A DNA stretch of 42,722 nt from Gemmatimonadota bacterium (GTDB taxonomy: Bacteria; Gemmatimonadota; Gemmatimonadetes; Longimicrobiales; Gaopeijiaceae). Below, piece after piece: positions 1-9,679 of the stretch. Location of the stretch: the NCBI GenBank assembly GCA_039589315.1, contig JBDHHQ010000074.1, positions 1-42,722 of the forward strand, given 5' to 3'. Below the pieces are notes generated by a model. It worked only from the letters and a program-made list of their open reading frames with translations, ran no database searches and was not told where the DNA came from. The position numbers and the translations under genes were made by a program. How positions within the stretch are numbered: position 1 is the first letter of the stretch; every line of letters begins with the position of its first letter.

Positions 1-1277
1 CGGGTGTTGGCGACATCTGCCGTAGGATCTGCCCCGAGGACCAGGAGGTCTGCCCACTTGCCCGCCTCCAACGTCCCCACGTCGTCCAGCCCCATGCAAG
101 CCGCGGCATCCCGGGTCGCGGCGATGAGCACCGCCACGGGATCCATGCCGGCCTCGGCCATCAAGTCGAGCTCCCGGTGTTCGAAGTACCCCTGGAACCG
201 TCTGGGCGGGCCCGAGTCGGTTCCCATGGCCACTCGGATCCCGGCCTCGTGGACCCTGCTCAGGTTCTCTGTCGCCTTTTGAAGGGCCAGCTTGTACGCC
301 TGGGCCGCGCTGCTTGCGCGCACGGACTCCTGCAGCCCCGGATCCCTCAGCGCCTCCACCACCCCGGCGTCCGCGTGCTTCAGAAAGAACGGGTCCGAGA
401 AGAACTCGGGCTCGGATTCGTAGATGAACGTGGAGACCTCGCGCATCAGGGTGGGGGCGTAGCAGACGTCCCGCTCCCGCATGGCCGCCAGGAAGGCGTC
501 GTCGACGTCCTGGTCGCGGACGCTGTGACCGATGAAGTCGGCGCCGGCGTCGAGCAGGAACTTGGCGTCGTCCAGGTAGAACACGTGGACGGAGACCGGG
601 AGCCCGGCCGCGTGTGCACGTTCGATGACAGCCTGCTGGACCTCCCGCTTCATCTTCTCGACGGTGCCGAGGTTGTCGTCGACTCTGAACTTCACGAAGT
701 CTACGTCCATGTTGATGTTACGGTTCGTGACTTCGAGCGCTTCTTCGGGTGAGTCTCCCACCACGACAGCGCCCGCGACGTGGAGGCGGGCACGGTCCAG
801 GTCCGACGTGGCCTGGGAGTCACGGACCCGGACTCCCGCCTCCTCGTCCCCTCCGAGGCTCACGACGGTCGTGACGCCGTAGCGGGCATACAGGCCGAGG
901 TGGTCGAGAACGTTCGCCTCCGAGTAGTGCCCGCCCTCCAGCCCCAGGGTCCCACCCACGTGTCCATGAGCGTTGACCATTCCCGGGATCACGTAACGGC
1001 CGGTCAGGTCCACGCGGCTGGCGTCATCCGGCACCTCGACATCGCCGCTGGCGCCTACGGCCGCCACTCGCCCGTCCCGCACCAGGATGACGGCGTCGGG
1101 CAAGGGTGGCGCACCGGTCCCATCCCAGACGGTCGCGCCGACGAAAGCGGTCACGCCGCCCCGGTCCGCGGTCTGGCCAGGTTCGTCGGGCTGGCCGCCC
1201 TCGGTGGACGGGCTGTCCTCCGTTTGGCAGCCCAGCGTGAGCGTGAGAATCAACAGGAACGGTCCGGGCCTGAGCAC
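1..1277 (-). CDS. Amidohydrolase-family lipoprotein (imidazolonepropionase-like), 3' end runs off the window
   Basis: Absent from the ORF track because it has no stop in the window. Read manually from GTG at 1277 after a GGAGG RBS: MLRPGPFLLILTLTLGC (lipobox)...AFVGATVWDGTG...VRDGRVAAVG...DLTGRYVIPGMVNAHGH, the amidohydrolase N-terminal motif with HxH. Confidence 0.85.
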   Translation of the reverse strand, partial: MLRPGPFLLILTLTLGCQTEDSPSTEGGQPDEPGQTADRGGVTAFVGATVWDGTGAPPLPDAVILVRDGRVAAVGASGDVEVPDDASRVDLTGRYVIPGMVNAHGHVGGTLGLEGGHYSEANVLDHLGLYARYGVTTVVSLGGDEEAGVRVRDSQATSDLDRARLHVAGAVVVGDSPEEALEVTNRNINMDVDFVKFRVDDNLGTVEKMKREVQQAVIERAHAAGLPVSVHVFYLDDAKFLLDAGADFIGHSVRDQDVDDAFLAAMRERDVCYAPTLMREVSTFIYESEPEFFSDPFFLKHADAGVVEALRDPGLQESVRASSAAQAYKLALQKATENLSRVHEAGIRVAMGTDSGPPRRFQGYFEHRELDLMAEAGMDPVAVLIAATRDAAACMGLDDVGTLEAGKWADLLVLGADPTADVANT

Positions 1278-1432
1278 ATCGACCTCCACGGCTCTACCTT
1301 GCGGGATGGTCGCTGGGAGCCCACGGACGCGACGCGGGCGCCGTCGGGCACGACCACCGTCGGGACCGGGAATGTGGCCTCGGGTGGGCCGATCCGCCAC
1401 GCCGGCCACCAAGACGTAGTGGGGAAGCCCTT

Positions 1433-2140
1433 ATGCGCGAGATGAAGGACCGAACGAGACGCTGGAAGGAAGCCTCGTCGATGCTAGGGACTGCCTTCGC
1501 CGTCGCGGTGGCGGCGTTGAACGCGAGCCTCGAGGCCCAGGACTTCGAGTCCGGTACTCCCGAGTCCGGCGCGGCTGCCTTCTACTCCAGCTTTCAGCGC
1601 GGGCGCTGGGCAGAGATGGCTGCAGCGCTTCATCCAGATGCACTCAGCCTCTTCCAGGACCGGCTCCTTCAGGTCGTGCGCGCCGACGAGACCGGTCAGG
1701 TGGCTCGTCAAGTGTTCGGTGTCGGGCCTGCCGAGCTGGAGACGATGCCCACGGACGCGCTGTTCACCCGGCTCCTCCGCGGTGTCCTCGGCTACGCTCC
1801 AGGCATGATGCAAGCGATGACGAGCAAGCGCGTCGCCATCATCGGCCACGTGTTGGAAGACCCCGAGGCCCGAGCGGCCGTGGAGGGCACCCTGCCCAGG
1901 GACAGCCCCACCGCCCACGTCGTGATCCGCTCCCGTGAGCCTCTCTCCGGCACCGCTCCCTCTCGCGTCGGCGTGTTGAGCCTGGCCCGAGACGACGGCG
2001 TCTGGAAGGTGACTCGGTCCGAGGAGCTCGACGTGATCGCCACCGCCCTGGTGGCGGTGCCCACACCCGGCGAAACCAGCGAAAGTCTGCGAAACCCCGA
2101 GGATAGCAGGAGTCGCCCGACCCCAAGGAGTAAGCCATGA
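1433..2140 (+). CDS. Hypothetical exported protein, possibly NTF2/SnoaL-like fold
   Basis: Signal-like hydrophobic N-terminus and a 'FYSSFQRGRWAEMAAALHPDAL...WKV' pattern. Abuts the next gene. Start could be 1481. Confidence 0.6.
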   Translation: MREMKDRTRRWKEASSMLGTAFAVAVAALNASLEAQDFESGTPESGAAAFYSSFQRGRWAEMAAALHPDALSLFQDRLLQVVRADETGQVARQVFGVGPAELETMPTDALFTRLLRGVLGYAPGMMQAMTSKRVAIIGHVLEDPEARAAVEGTLPRDSPTAHVVIRSREPLSGTAPSRVGVLSLARDDGVWKVTRSEELDVIATALVAVPTPGETSESLRNPEDSRSRPTPRSKP

Positions 2141-2475
2141 AGCGGTTCGTGTGGATCGCACTGATTCTGCAGGTCGTGATGGTGGTTGCCGGACACTTCT
2201 CGACGGCGGTGGTCAACCTCTCCGCGATCCTGGGCACCGGCATTCCGTTCGTGGTGGCGCTCTGGTACGGCGCCGCCAAGAAGCCACCGTATACCGCAGG
2301 GGCCAAGGGCGGATTCGTCATCGGCATCGTGGGCGCCGTGGTCGGCGTCCTGGTGGCGATCCTGATGGGAGACCAGCCCTGGTCGCTCCTGGCGTTCGCA
2401 CCCCTCTCCTCCGGCGTGACGGGGCTCCTCGGGGGAGTCATCGGAGCGCTCATCGGCGGACGCAACTCCGCCTAG
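2137..2475 (+). CDS. Small membrane protein with about 4 TM helices
   Basis: 112 aa, Gly-rich and hydrophobic. GGAG RBS and ATGA overlap with the upstream gene. Confidence 0.75.
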   Translation: MKRFVWIALILQVVMVVAGHFSTAVVNLSAILGTGIPFVVALWYGAAKKPPYTAGAKGGFVIGIVGAVVGVLVAILMGDQPWSLLAFAPLSSGVTGLLGGVIGALIGGRNSA

Positions 2476-2630
2476 GTAGCGGTGCAGGAGTCGGTGCACG
2501 ACTCGACTGCACGCCAGAGGCAACCCCCGCGTTCGTCTCCGCCATCGTACCGGGTAGACAGGCGTTGACGCCTCGATCCCACGCTTCTCGATCCGGATCG
2601 ACCGGAAGACATGCAACGGAGAGACCAGAG

Positions 2631-3605
2631 ATGAGCGACCGAACCTCCACGCGGCTCACGCTGCTCGCCCTGGGCGCCACGGCCTTGGCGCTGGCCGGAT
2701 CGACCGACCCGGCCCTGGCCCAGGAGCCCGAGGAGCAGGAGCAGGAGCGCTGCGTGTGCCCACGCGGCCCACGGGTAAGCGTGTTCGGCCCGGGGCAGGG
2801 CGTCAGCTTCTTCGGCCAGCGCGGCCGGCTGGGCGTCTCGGTCACGACCGACCAGGATGACGCCCAGCTCCGCGGTGCCGAGATCATGGACGTTACCGAG
2901 GACGGGCCCGCCGACGAGGCCGGCCTCAGGGAGGGAGACGTGATCACGGCCATCGACGGGCAGAGCCTGTTCGACCCCCTCCCCGACCGGGCAGACGAAG
3001 AGGAGGTGGACCTCGACCGCTCGGTGCCCGTGCAGCGGCTGCTGGCCCTGTCGCGCCGACTCGATCCGGGGGACACCGTACAGGTGACCTACCTGCGAAA
3101 CGGCTCCGAGCAGACCGTCGAGCTGGTGGCCGACGACGTGAGCCCCGCATTCGCCTGGATCGGTGAAAGAGGCCGCGGCGCGACCGCCTTCCGCTTCGAC
3201 CCCAACGACTTCGATGACGAGCGGATCCGACACCGCCTCGAAGTCGTCGTGCCCGAAATGGAGAGGCTCCGAGACCTCGCACCGCGTCTGGAAGCTCTTG
3301 GACACGCCGCGCCGGGACTGGCATGGGAGGGCAGGGGTCGCGTGGCTGGGCTGAGTCTGGCGCCGATGAACTCGGCGTTGGGCGAGTACTTCGACGTCGA
3401 GCGTGGTGCGCTGGTACTCGATGCCGACGAAGACTCCCCGCTCAATCTGCGAGCGGGCGACGTGATTCTGAGTATCGACGGCCGCGACGTGGATGACGCG
3501 GGTCACGCCCGTCGGATCCTCCGCTCCTACCGGGACGGCGAGAGCGTCAGCATCCACATCGTCCGCCAGGGCGATGAGATGACCGTCGAGGGAGTGATGA
3601 ACTGA
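2631..3605 (+). CDS. Exported PDZ-domain protein (two PDZ domains, no protease domain)
   Basis: ATG at 2631 after GGAGAG; signal peptide ending ALA-Q. 'GRLGVSV...VTEDGPADEAGLREGDVITAIDG' and 'LRAGDVILSIDGRDV' are PDZ signatures. Confidence 0.85.
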   Translation: MSDRTSTRLTLLALGATALALAGSTDPALAQEPEEQEQERCVCPRGPRVSVFGPGQGVSFFGQRGRLGVSVTTDQDDAQLRGAEIMDVTEDGPADEAGLREGDVITAIDGQSLFDPLPDRADEEEVDLDRSVPVQRLLALSRRLDPGDTVQVTYLRNGSEQTVELVADDVSPAFAWIGERGRGATAFRFDPNDFDDERIRHRLEVVVPEMERLRDLAPRLEALGHAAPGLAWEGRGRVAGLSLAPMNSALGEYFDVERGALVLDADEDSPLNLRAGDVILSIDGRDVDDAGHARRILRSYRDGESVSIHIVRQGDEMTVEGVMN

Positions 3606-3836
3606 CGCCTGCCAGGGAATCACCTCCCGGCAAGGGCCTGGGCGGCGCTCTCCGCTCTGGCCCTTGCCCCTTCGGTGCGCCACCCCTGGCTGCGTGATCG
3701 GGTATCCCTCCCCCGGCGATGATCGGCGGCTCTCCCCGAACGAATCGAAGCGGCTGCTGCTTTTGCGCGAATCGAGCCGGACTCCGATCTTGCTCGCCTT
3801 CATCCGTGGAGGGCCGCCGGCCAACGGGGAGGGCGC

Positions 3837-5177
3837 TTGAGCGAATCTGAGGAGCTGCGCAGGGCCATCGGCCTACCCTGGGCCACCGCCATGGTCGTGG
3901 GCACGATCATCGGCGCGTCCATCTTCGTGCAGCCATCCGAGATCACGGGCCTGGTCCCCTCCCTGACCGGAGTGATTCTCGCGTGGGGCGTTTCGGGGGC
4001 ACTCACCTTGTTCGGTGCGCTGGTCTGCGCGGAGCTGGCCTCCATCTACACGGGCTCCGGGGGGGTCTACGTGTTCCTCCGCGAGGCCTTCGGCCCCGCC
4101 CTGGGCTTCCTCTGGGGATGGGCCATGTTCTGGGTGATGCACTCGGGGATCATCGCCGCGATCGCGGTGGTCTTCGCTCGCTACACCGGTTTCTTCGTTC
4201 CGCTGAGCGACACGGGAACCCGCGCCGTGGCCGTGAGCGTGATCCTGGTCTTGTCGGGCGTCAACTACGTCGGTGTCAAGCACGGCGCCGGCCTTCAGGC
4301 CGCGTTCACCCTGGGCAAGCTCGTGGCCGTCGCGGCCATCATCGCGTTGGGGCTCGCCTTCGGGTCCCGGGTGCCGGAGCACTTCGCGGGGGGTGGCGAC
4401 TTTCTCGAGACCACGAGGCCCGGCGACTTCCTTCTGGCCCTCGTGGCCGGACTGTTCGCCTTCGGCGGCTGGCACATGGTGACCTACAACGCCGAGGAGA
4501 CGCGCGATCCGGCACGGACCATACCCAGGGCCCTGGTAATCGGGACGCTGATCGTGACCGCCTGTTATCTGGCCCTGAACACGGTATACCTGTACATCCT
4601 GCCCATGGAGCGAGTCGCCTCGTCCACGAGGGTGGCCGCAGACGCGGCCGACGCGCTGTTCGGCTTCGGTGGTGGAGCCGCCATGGCCGGCCTGGTCATG
4701 TTCTCCACCTTCGGGGCGGTTGGGGGAATCATCCTGGCGGGGCCTCGCGTCTATTACGCTATGGCGCGCGATGGCCTACTGTTCCGCGGCCTCGCCGCTG
4801 TTCACGACCGGTTCCGCACTCCGCACCGGGCCATCGTGCTGCAGGCGGCGTGGTCCTCGGTGCTGGTGGTGACGGGTACCTATCGCGCGCTGTTCACCCG
4901 CGTGATCTACACCGAGTGGATATTCTTCGGACTCCTGGCTGTCGCGCTCATCGTCCTCCGTCGGCGACCGGGGGTCGAGCGCGGCTACTCCGTATGGGGA
5001 TATCCGTGGGTGCCGGTCGTCTTCGCCCTGTCCGCGTTCGCCATCGTCATGAACCAGCTCGTAGCGGATCCCCGCGAAAGCCTCGTGGGCCTATCCATCG
5101 TCGCGGCCGGCCTTCCCGCCTACTGGTGGATGGAGCGCTCCCGCCGAACGCCTCCGATCGAACGAGGTACCGCATGA
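3837..5177 (+). CDS. APC-family amino acid permease
   Basis: 'GTIIGASIF', 'AELAS...GSGGVYVFLREAFG', 'FAFGGW', 'EETRDPARTIPRA'; about 12 TM helices. Confidence 0.93.
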   Translation: MSESEELRRAIGLPWATAMVVGTIIGASIFVQPSEITGLVPSLTGVILAWGVSGALTLFGALVCAELASIYTGSGGVYVFLREAFGPALGFLWGWAMFWVMHSGIIAAIAVVFARYTGFFVPLSDTGTRAVAVSVILVLSGVNYVGVKHGAGLQAAFTLGKLVAVAAIIALGLAFGSRVPEHFAGGGDFLETTRPGDFLLALVAGLFAFGGWHMVTYNAEETRDPARTIPRALVIGTLIVTACYLALNTVYLYILPMERVASSTRVAADAADALFGFGGGAAMAGLVMFSTFGAVGGIILAGPRVYYAMARDGLLFRGLAAVHDRFRTPHRAIVLQAAWSSVLVVTGTYRALFTRVIYTEWIFFGLLAVALIVLRRRPGVERGYSVWGYPWVPVVFALSAFAIVMNQLVADPRESLVGLSIVAAGLPAYWWMERSRRTPPIERGTA

Positions 5178-6157
5178 CCATCGTCGACTTCCACAACCAC
5201 TACTACCCACCCACCTACCTCGACGCGGTGGAGCGCGGCCCCACCAACATCCGTTTCGAACGGGACGATGAGGGCAACCCGGTCCTGCACTACCCCGGGG
5301 ACTATAACGTCATCGTTCCCGGGCATCGCGACGTCGCGTTGCGCCAACAGGTGCTGGACCGGGCGGGGGTGGACGTGCAGGTCCTGACGTTCACGACTCC
5401 CGGGACGCAGTTCGAGAGTCCGGAGGCCGCGGTCCCCCTTTCGGCCACCGTGAATGACGCTCTGGCCGAGATTGTCACCCAGCGAGGCGACCGCTTTCGC
5501 GCCCTCGCCACGCTGCCCATGAACAACCCGGATGCTGCCGTGGCCGAGCTGCGTCGGGCCGTGGACGTCCTCGGCTTCCCGGGCTTCATGTTGCTGTCGA
5601 ACGTCAATGGTGTGGCATTGAGCGACGAGCGCTACCTGCCGCTGTATGAGGCGGCCAACGATCGGGACGTGGTCTTCTACATCCATCCCTACTACCCGGT
5701 AGGTGTGGAGGCCATGACGGAGTACTGGCTCATGCCCCTCATCGGCTTCACCTACGACACCACTCTCGCAGCCGCCAAGATCGTGTTCAGTGGCGTTGCC
5801 GAGCGTTTTCCCCGAATCCGGTGGGCATTGTGCCACCTGGGTGGGGCGATCCCGTATCTGGCCGAACGGCTCGACCGGGGTTGGGAGGCGTTCGCGGACT
5901 GCAGGGTCAACATCGATCGGCCGCCCAGCACGTACCTGACCGAGTTCTACTACGACACGGTCAACTTCGACCCGCGGGCGCTACGGCTGGCGGTGGACTT
6001 TGCCGGGGCGGATCACGTGCTGGCCGGGAGCGACTATCCCCACAAGATCGGCAGTCTGGAGAAGATGATCTCGAGCGTAGGGGAGCTGGGGCTCCCGGAG
6101 GCTGACCACGCCGCCATCATGGGTGGAAACGCGATGCGGCTATTGGGGCTCGAGTAG
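5174..6157 (+). CDS. Amidohydrolase_2 family protein (ACMSD/LigW-like decarboxylase or hydrolase)
   Basis: ATG at 5174 overlaps the permease stop. Motifs 'IVDFHNHYYP', 'YIHP', 'HLGGAIPYL..R' and 'GSDYPH'. Confidence 0.9.
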   Translation: MTIVDFHNHYYPPTYLDAVERGPTNIRFERDDEGNPVLHYPGDYNVIVPGHRDVALRQQVLDRAGVDVQVLTFTTPGTQFESPEAAVPLSATVNDALAEIVTQRGDRFRALATLPMNNPDAAVAELRRAVDVLGFPGFMLLSNVNGVALSDERYLPLYEAANDRDVVFYIHPYYPVGVEAMTEYWLMPLIGFTYDTTLAAAKIVFSGVAERFPRIRWALCHLGGAIPYLAERLDRGWEAFADCRVNIDRPPSTYLTEFYYDTVNFDPRALRLAVDFAGADHVLAGSDYPHKIGSLEKMISSVGELGLPEADHAAIMGGNAMRLLGLE

Positions 6158-6170
6158 GGCGCCGTCGCCT

Positions 6171-6662
6171 TCAGCCGGCAGACTCCTGGTCGCTCTGGGG
6201 TGCCCGTGCTTTCTCCATCAAGCCGATCATGGTCTGCAGCTCGTCCCTGGTCATGTGACTGAGCTGTGCCTTGAGCGTCTCGCCCAGGGGAGCGTCCAGG
6301 GAGCCCACCAGCTCGACCCCCTCGGCAGTGGCCCGGGTCAGCACGACCCGGCGGTCCTCGGAAGAACGTTCCCGCTCGGCCAGCCCCTTGGACACCAGAC
6401 GGTCCGTGAGACGCGTGATGTCCGGTACGTGCGAGACCATCCGCTCGGAGATGTCGTGGCACGGGAGCCCCTCGGGGTACGCACCCCGCAGAATCCGGAG
6501 CACGTTGTAGGTGGACGGGGACAGGCCATGCTCCTTCATCAGCAGCTCGGTCGGTCGCCGCAGAGCCTCGGCAGCGCGCTGGACGTTCAGGACCGCCTCT
6601 TCCTCGATGAGCCGGAAGGGCTTGGTCTGCTTGAGCTCGGACACGAGCAGTGACTTGGCCAT
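6171..6662 (-). CDS. MarR-family transcriptional regulator
   Basis: ATG at 6662 after GGAGAGG. 'GLSPSTYNVLRIL...PDITRLTDRLVSKGLAERERSSEDRR' is the MarR winged HTH. Confidence 0.92.
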   Translation of the reverse strand: MAKSLLVSELKQTKPFRLIEEEAVLNVQRAAEALRRPTELLMKEHGLSPSTYNVLRILRGAYPEGLPCHDISERMVSHVPDITRLTDRLVSKGLAERERSSEDRRVVLTRATAEGVELVGSLDAPLGETLKAQLSHMTRDELQTMIGLMEKARAPQSDQESAG

Positions 6663-6730
6663 CCAGTGCCTCTCCGTTGGCGGGTGCACGCGGAACGGCA
6701 GCGTTCCCGGGGACGCAGAAAACACGATAT

Positions 6731-6742
6731 TTGTTGCAACAA
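6731..6742. promoter_or_regulatory. Perfect 12-bp palindrome TTGTTGCAACAA, probable MarR operator
   Basis: Self-complementary AT-rich site in the divergent intergenic region between the MarR gene and the AhpD-like gene. Confidence 0.7.
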
Positions 6743-6839
6743 TAAAACGCAAGGGAGAAGTTCGCAGGATCGGATCGGCGTTGACGGCAGCGGGACCCGT
6801 CGTCACACTGCTGGCCACACGTCCACAGCGAGGAACGGA

Positions 6840-7415
6840 ATGCCCTGGATCGAGCAAGTTCCCATCTCCGAAGCCAAGGGCTTCCTGAAGAAGCAGTTCG
6901 ACGCCGCGCTCGCCAGAGCCGGTCGCGTCTGGAACGTCGTGCACATCATGAGCGTGAACCCCCGCACCCTCGAAGCGAGCATCGGCTTCTATGGGGCCAT
7001 CATGATGGGCAGATCGCCCCTCAACCGCGCCCAGCGGGAGCTGCTGGCCACGGTCGTCTCGGCCGAGGTGGATTGCCACTACTGAACGCAAGCGCACGCG
7101 CACGACCTCCGGGAAGAGGTCCAGGACATGACAGCGGGGGAGGCGGACGCGTACGTGCACGCGGTGGCGAGGGACTGGCGGACCGCACCCCTCACGGAGG
7201 TAGATCGTGCCTTGTGTGAGTTCGCCGCCAGGCTCACACACGACCAACACGCGATGAGCCCAGAGGATCTCGACGCGCTGCGCGCCCACGGACTCGACGA
7301 CCGCGCTCTCCATGACGCGGTGCAGGTGATTGCCTACTTCAACTACATCACGCGGGTCGTGGACTCACTCGGAGTCGAGCCCGAGGATTTCATTCGCCCC
7401 TGGGGCGTCGAGTAG
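6840..7415 (+). CDS. AhpD/carboxymuconolactone-decarboxylase-like peroxidase-related selenoprotein (CxxU), 191 aa with UGA read-through
   Basis: The track ORFs ending at 7085 and starting at 7128 are in the same frame and separated only by TGA 7083-7085: ...VVSAEVDCHY-U-TQAHAHDLR..., matching the AhpD CxxCxxxH motif. C-terminal half has 'DAVQVIAYFNYITRVVDSLG'. Confidence 0.85.
7104..7121 (+). promoter_or_regulatory. Putative bacterial SECIS element
   Basis: Hairpin GACCTC-(CGGGAA)-GAGGTC. The apical loop begins 24 nt after the UGA and has G at its second position. Confidence 0.65.
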
Positions 7416-7450
7416 CGAGCTACCGCCCATCACCATCCGGAGGCTCCGCC

Positions 7451-9223
7451 ATGGTGCGATTTCTCCTGGCCACGATCTCGGGCTTCGTCCTCTGGACGAG
7501 TGCCTGCACGGTGGAGCGGGTCGGTCGATCACCTGCCGAACCGTTGCGCGAGCTCTTCGAGGAGACCTGGGCGTACGAGCTCGCCGAGAATCCGCTCCTC
7601 GCCACCACGGCCGGAGTCGACCAGCACAATGATCGGCTTCCTTCCGTCACGCTAGCGGATCTGGAGCGCCGAGATGCATACTGGCGCGACGCGCTCCGGA
7701 GGCTGGAGGTCGTTGATCGCGACGCCCTGGGAGCCCGGGACCGCATCAACTACGACATGTTCCGGAGCCGCCTCGAGAACCGGATCCGCGACTACGAGTT
7801 GGGCGGCCACCTCATACCGCTGACCGTCGACGACGGCTTTCACATCTCGTTCGCCCGGCTGCCCTCCCAAATGCCGATGCGGCATGCGGAGGACTACCGC
7901 TCCTACCTCTCGCGCTTGCGCGGCGCGCCTGCGTACTTCGAGCAGTACACCGACCTGCTCCGCGAGGGGGTGGCCCAGGGGATGACTCTGTCACGGGTCA
8001 TCCTGGACGGATACGACGTCACCATCGGCACCCACGTGGTCGACCGTGCGGAAGCGTCCGTCTTCTGGGCTCCGTTCGAACGCTTTCCCGGAGCCGTGGC
8101 GACGGCGGACAAGGAGCGACTCAGCGGCGAGGGCGCACAGGTCATCCTGGAGTCGGTCGTGCCCGCCTATGAGCGATTCCTCGCCTTCATGACGGACGAG
8201 TACATTCCGCAGGCGCGGGCTACCATCGGTGCCTACGATCTTCCCAACGGCCGGGACTTCTATCAGCACCAGATCCGGGTCTTCACCACGCTGGACCTCA
8301 CTGCCGAGGAGATCCATCAGGTAGGCCTCGACGAGGTGGCCCGGATCAGGATCGAGATGGAAGGGATCATCGAAGGCCTCGGATTCGAGGGGACCTTCGC
8401 CGACTTCCTGACCTTCCTTCGGACCGACCCGCGGTTCTACGCGGAGACCCCGGAGGAGCTCCTGAGGGAGGCGTCTTTCATCGCCAAAGAGATGGACGGG
8501 AAGCTGCCGTCGCTCTTTCGCACGCTTCCCAGGCTCCCATACGGCGTGAATCCGGTGCCCGATCACCTGGCGCCCAAGTACACGGGCGGCCGATACGTAG
8601 GGGCGCCTGTGGGCGGCACGTCGGCTGGGTTCTACTGGGTGAACACCTACGCACTGGAGAGCCGGCCGCTCTACACCCTGACTGCGTTGACCCTCCACGA
8701 GGCCGTCCCGGGCCACCACCTCCAGAACGCGCTGCGGCAGGAGCTCGACGGCCTACCCGACTTCCGCCGTTTCTCGTCGAACAGCGCCTTCGGCGAGGGA
8801 TGGGGCCTCTACTCCGAGTACCTGGGGATCGAGGCGGGCATGTACAAGACTCCTTACGACGACTTCGGGCGGCTCACGTACGAGATGTGGCGGGCCTGCC
8901 GACTGGTCGTGGATACGGGCATGCACGCCCTCGGTTGGACTCGGGAGCAGGCGCTGGACTTCATGGCCTCGAACACCGCTCTGTCACTCCACGAGGTCCG
9001 CACGGAGACGGATCGTTACATCTCCTGGCCGGGCCAGGCCCTGGCCTACAAGCTGGGGGAGCTCAAGATCAAGGAGCTCCGGCACCGAGCCGAGGCCGAG
9101 CTGGGCGAAGCCTTTGACGTGCGAGCCTTCCACGACGCGGTGCTGTTGAACGGCGCGATTCCCCTTCCGGTGCTCGAGGACGAGATCGACCGGTTCATCG
9201 AGCGGAACCGAGAGGGGCCGTGA
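7451..9223 (+). CDS. DUF885-family lipoprotein (putative metallopeptidase)
   Basis: Lipobox TSAC; 'LHEAVPGHHLQ', 'FGEGWGLYSE', 'RACRLVVDTGMH', 'RYISWPGQALAYKLG'. Confidence 0.92.
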   Translation: MVRFLLATISGFVLWTSACTVERVGRSPAEPLRELFEETWAYELAENPLLATTAGVDQHNDRLPSVTLADLERRDAYWRDALRRLEVVDRDALGARDRINYDMFRSRLENRIRDYELGGHLIPLTVDDGFHISFARLPSQMPMRHAEDYRSYLSRLRGAPAYFEQYTDLLREGVAQGMTLSRVILDGYDVTIGTHVVDRAEASVFWAPFERFPGAVATADKERLSGEGAQVILESVVPAYERFLAFMTDEYIPQARATIGAYDLPNGRDFYQHQIRVFTTLDLTAEEIHQVGLDEVARIRIEMEGIIEGLGFEGTFADFLTFLRTDPRFYAETPEELLREASFIAKEMDGKLPSLFRTLPRLPYGVNPVPDHLAPKYTGGRYVGAPVGGTSAGFYWVNTYALESRPLYTLTALTLHEAVPGHHLQNALRQELDGLPDFRRFSSNSAFGEGWGLYSEYLGIEAGMYKTPYDDFGRLTYEMWRACRLVVDTGMHALGWTREQALDFMASNTALSLHEVRTETDRYISWPGQALAYKLGELKIKELRHRAEAELGEAFDVRAFHDAVLLNGAIPLPVLEDEIDRFIERNREGP

Positions 9224-9345
9224 TCCGTCAGTGTCGGGGTCGAGGCGGTCGATCAGCGATCCGTTGGCTGTGCCGGGCTCCCAACGCGGTGAGGCTGCCC
9301 CCGACGACCCACCTGCGACGTGCCGGGCATTCTCGACCCGACAAT

Positions 9346-9388
9346 GGAAAGGCGGCGCCCCCCGGGGAGGGGAAGCGCCGCCTCTTCC
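9346..9388. terminator. GC-rich hairpin after the DUF885 gene, possible terminator
   Basis: AGGCGGCGC (9350-9358) pairs with GCGCCGCCT (9375-9383), flanked by GGAA/TTCC. U-tail is weak. Confidence 0.4.
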
Positions 9389-9679
9389 GCGACTCGTGCC
9401 GCGGGGGCCGGTCAGGGCTCGAGGAGCCCTGCGGCTGGCCGCTTGGGCGGGAGTCGACCAACGCGTCACGGGCAATATGCAACGGGCCTTGTCGAAAAAG
9501 CCAAGCAAACATTTGACGGGAGCCGAGTCGGGCGTTCGGGCGCTGTCCTTGGGTCCGTTTCGGCTGTCGGCTCCCCTGCAGCACCCCGGCCCGGGACGTG
9601 GGCGCCGGTTGCCCCTCGTGACCCCCGGCGCAGGGCCGTGTCCGGTGAGCCGCCGGCACGCCAGGCCCGCGTGGATGAC

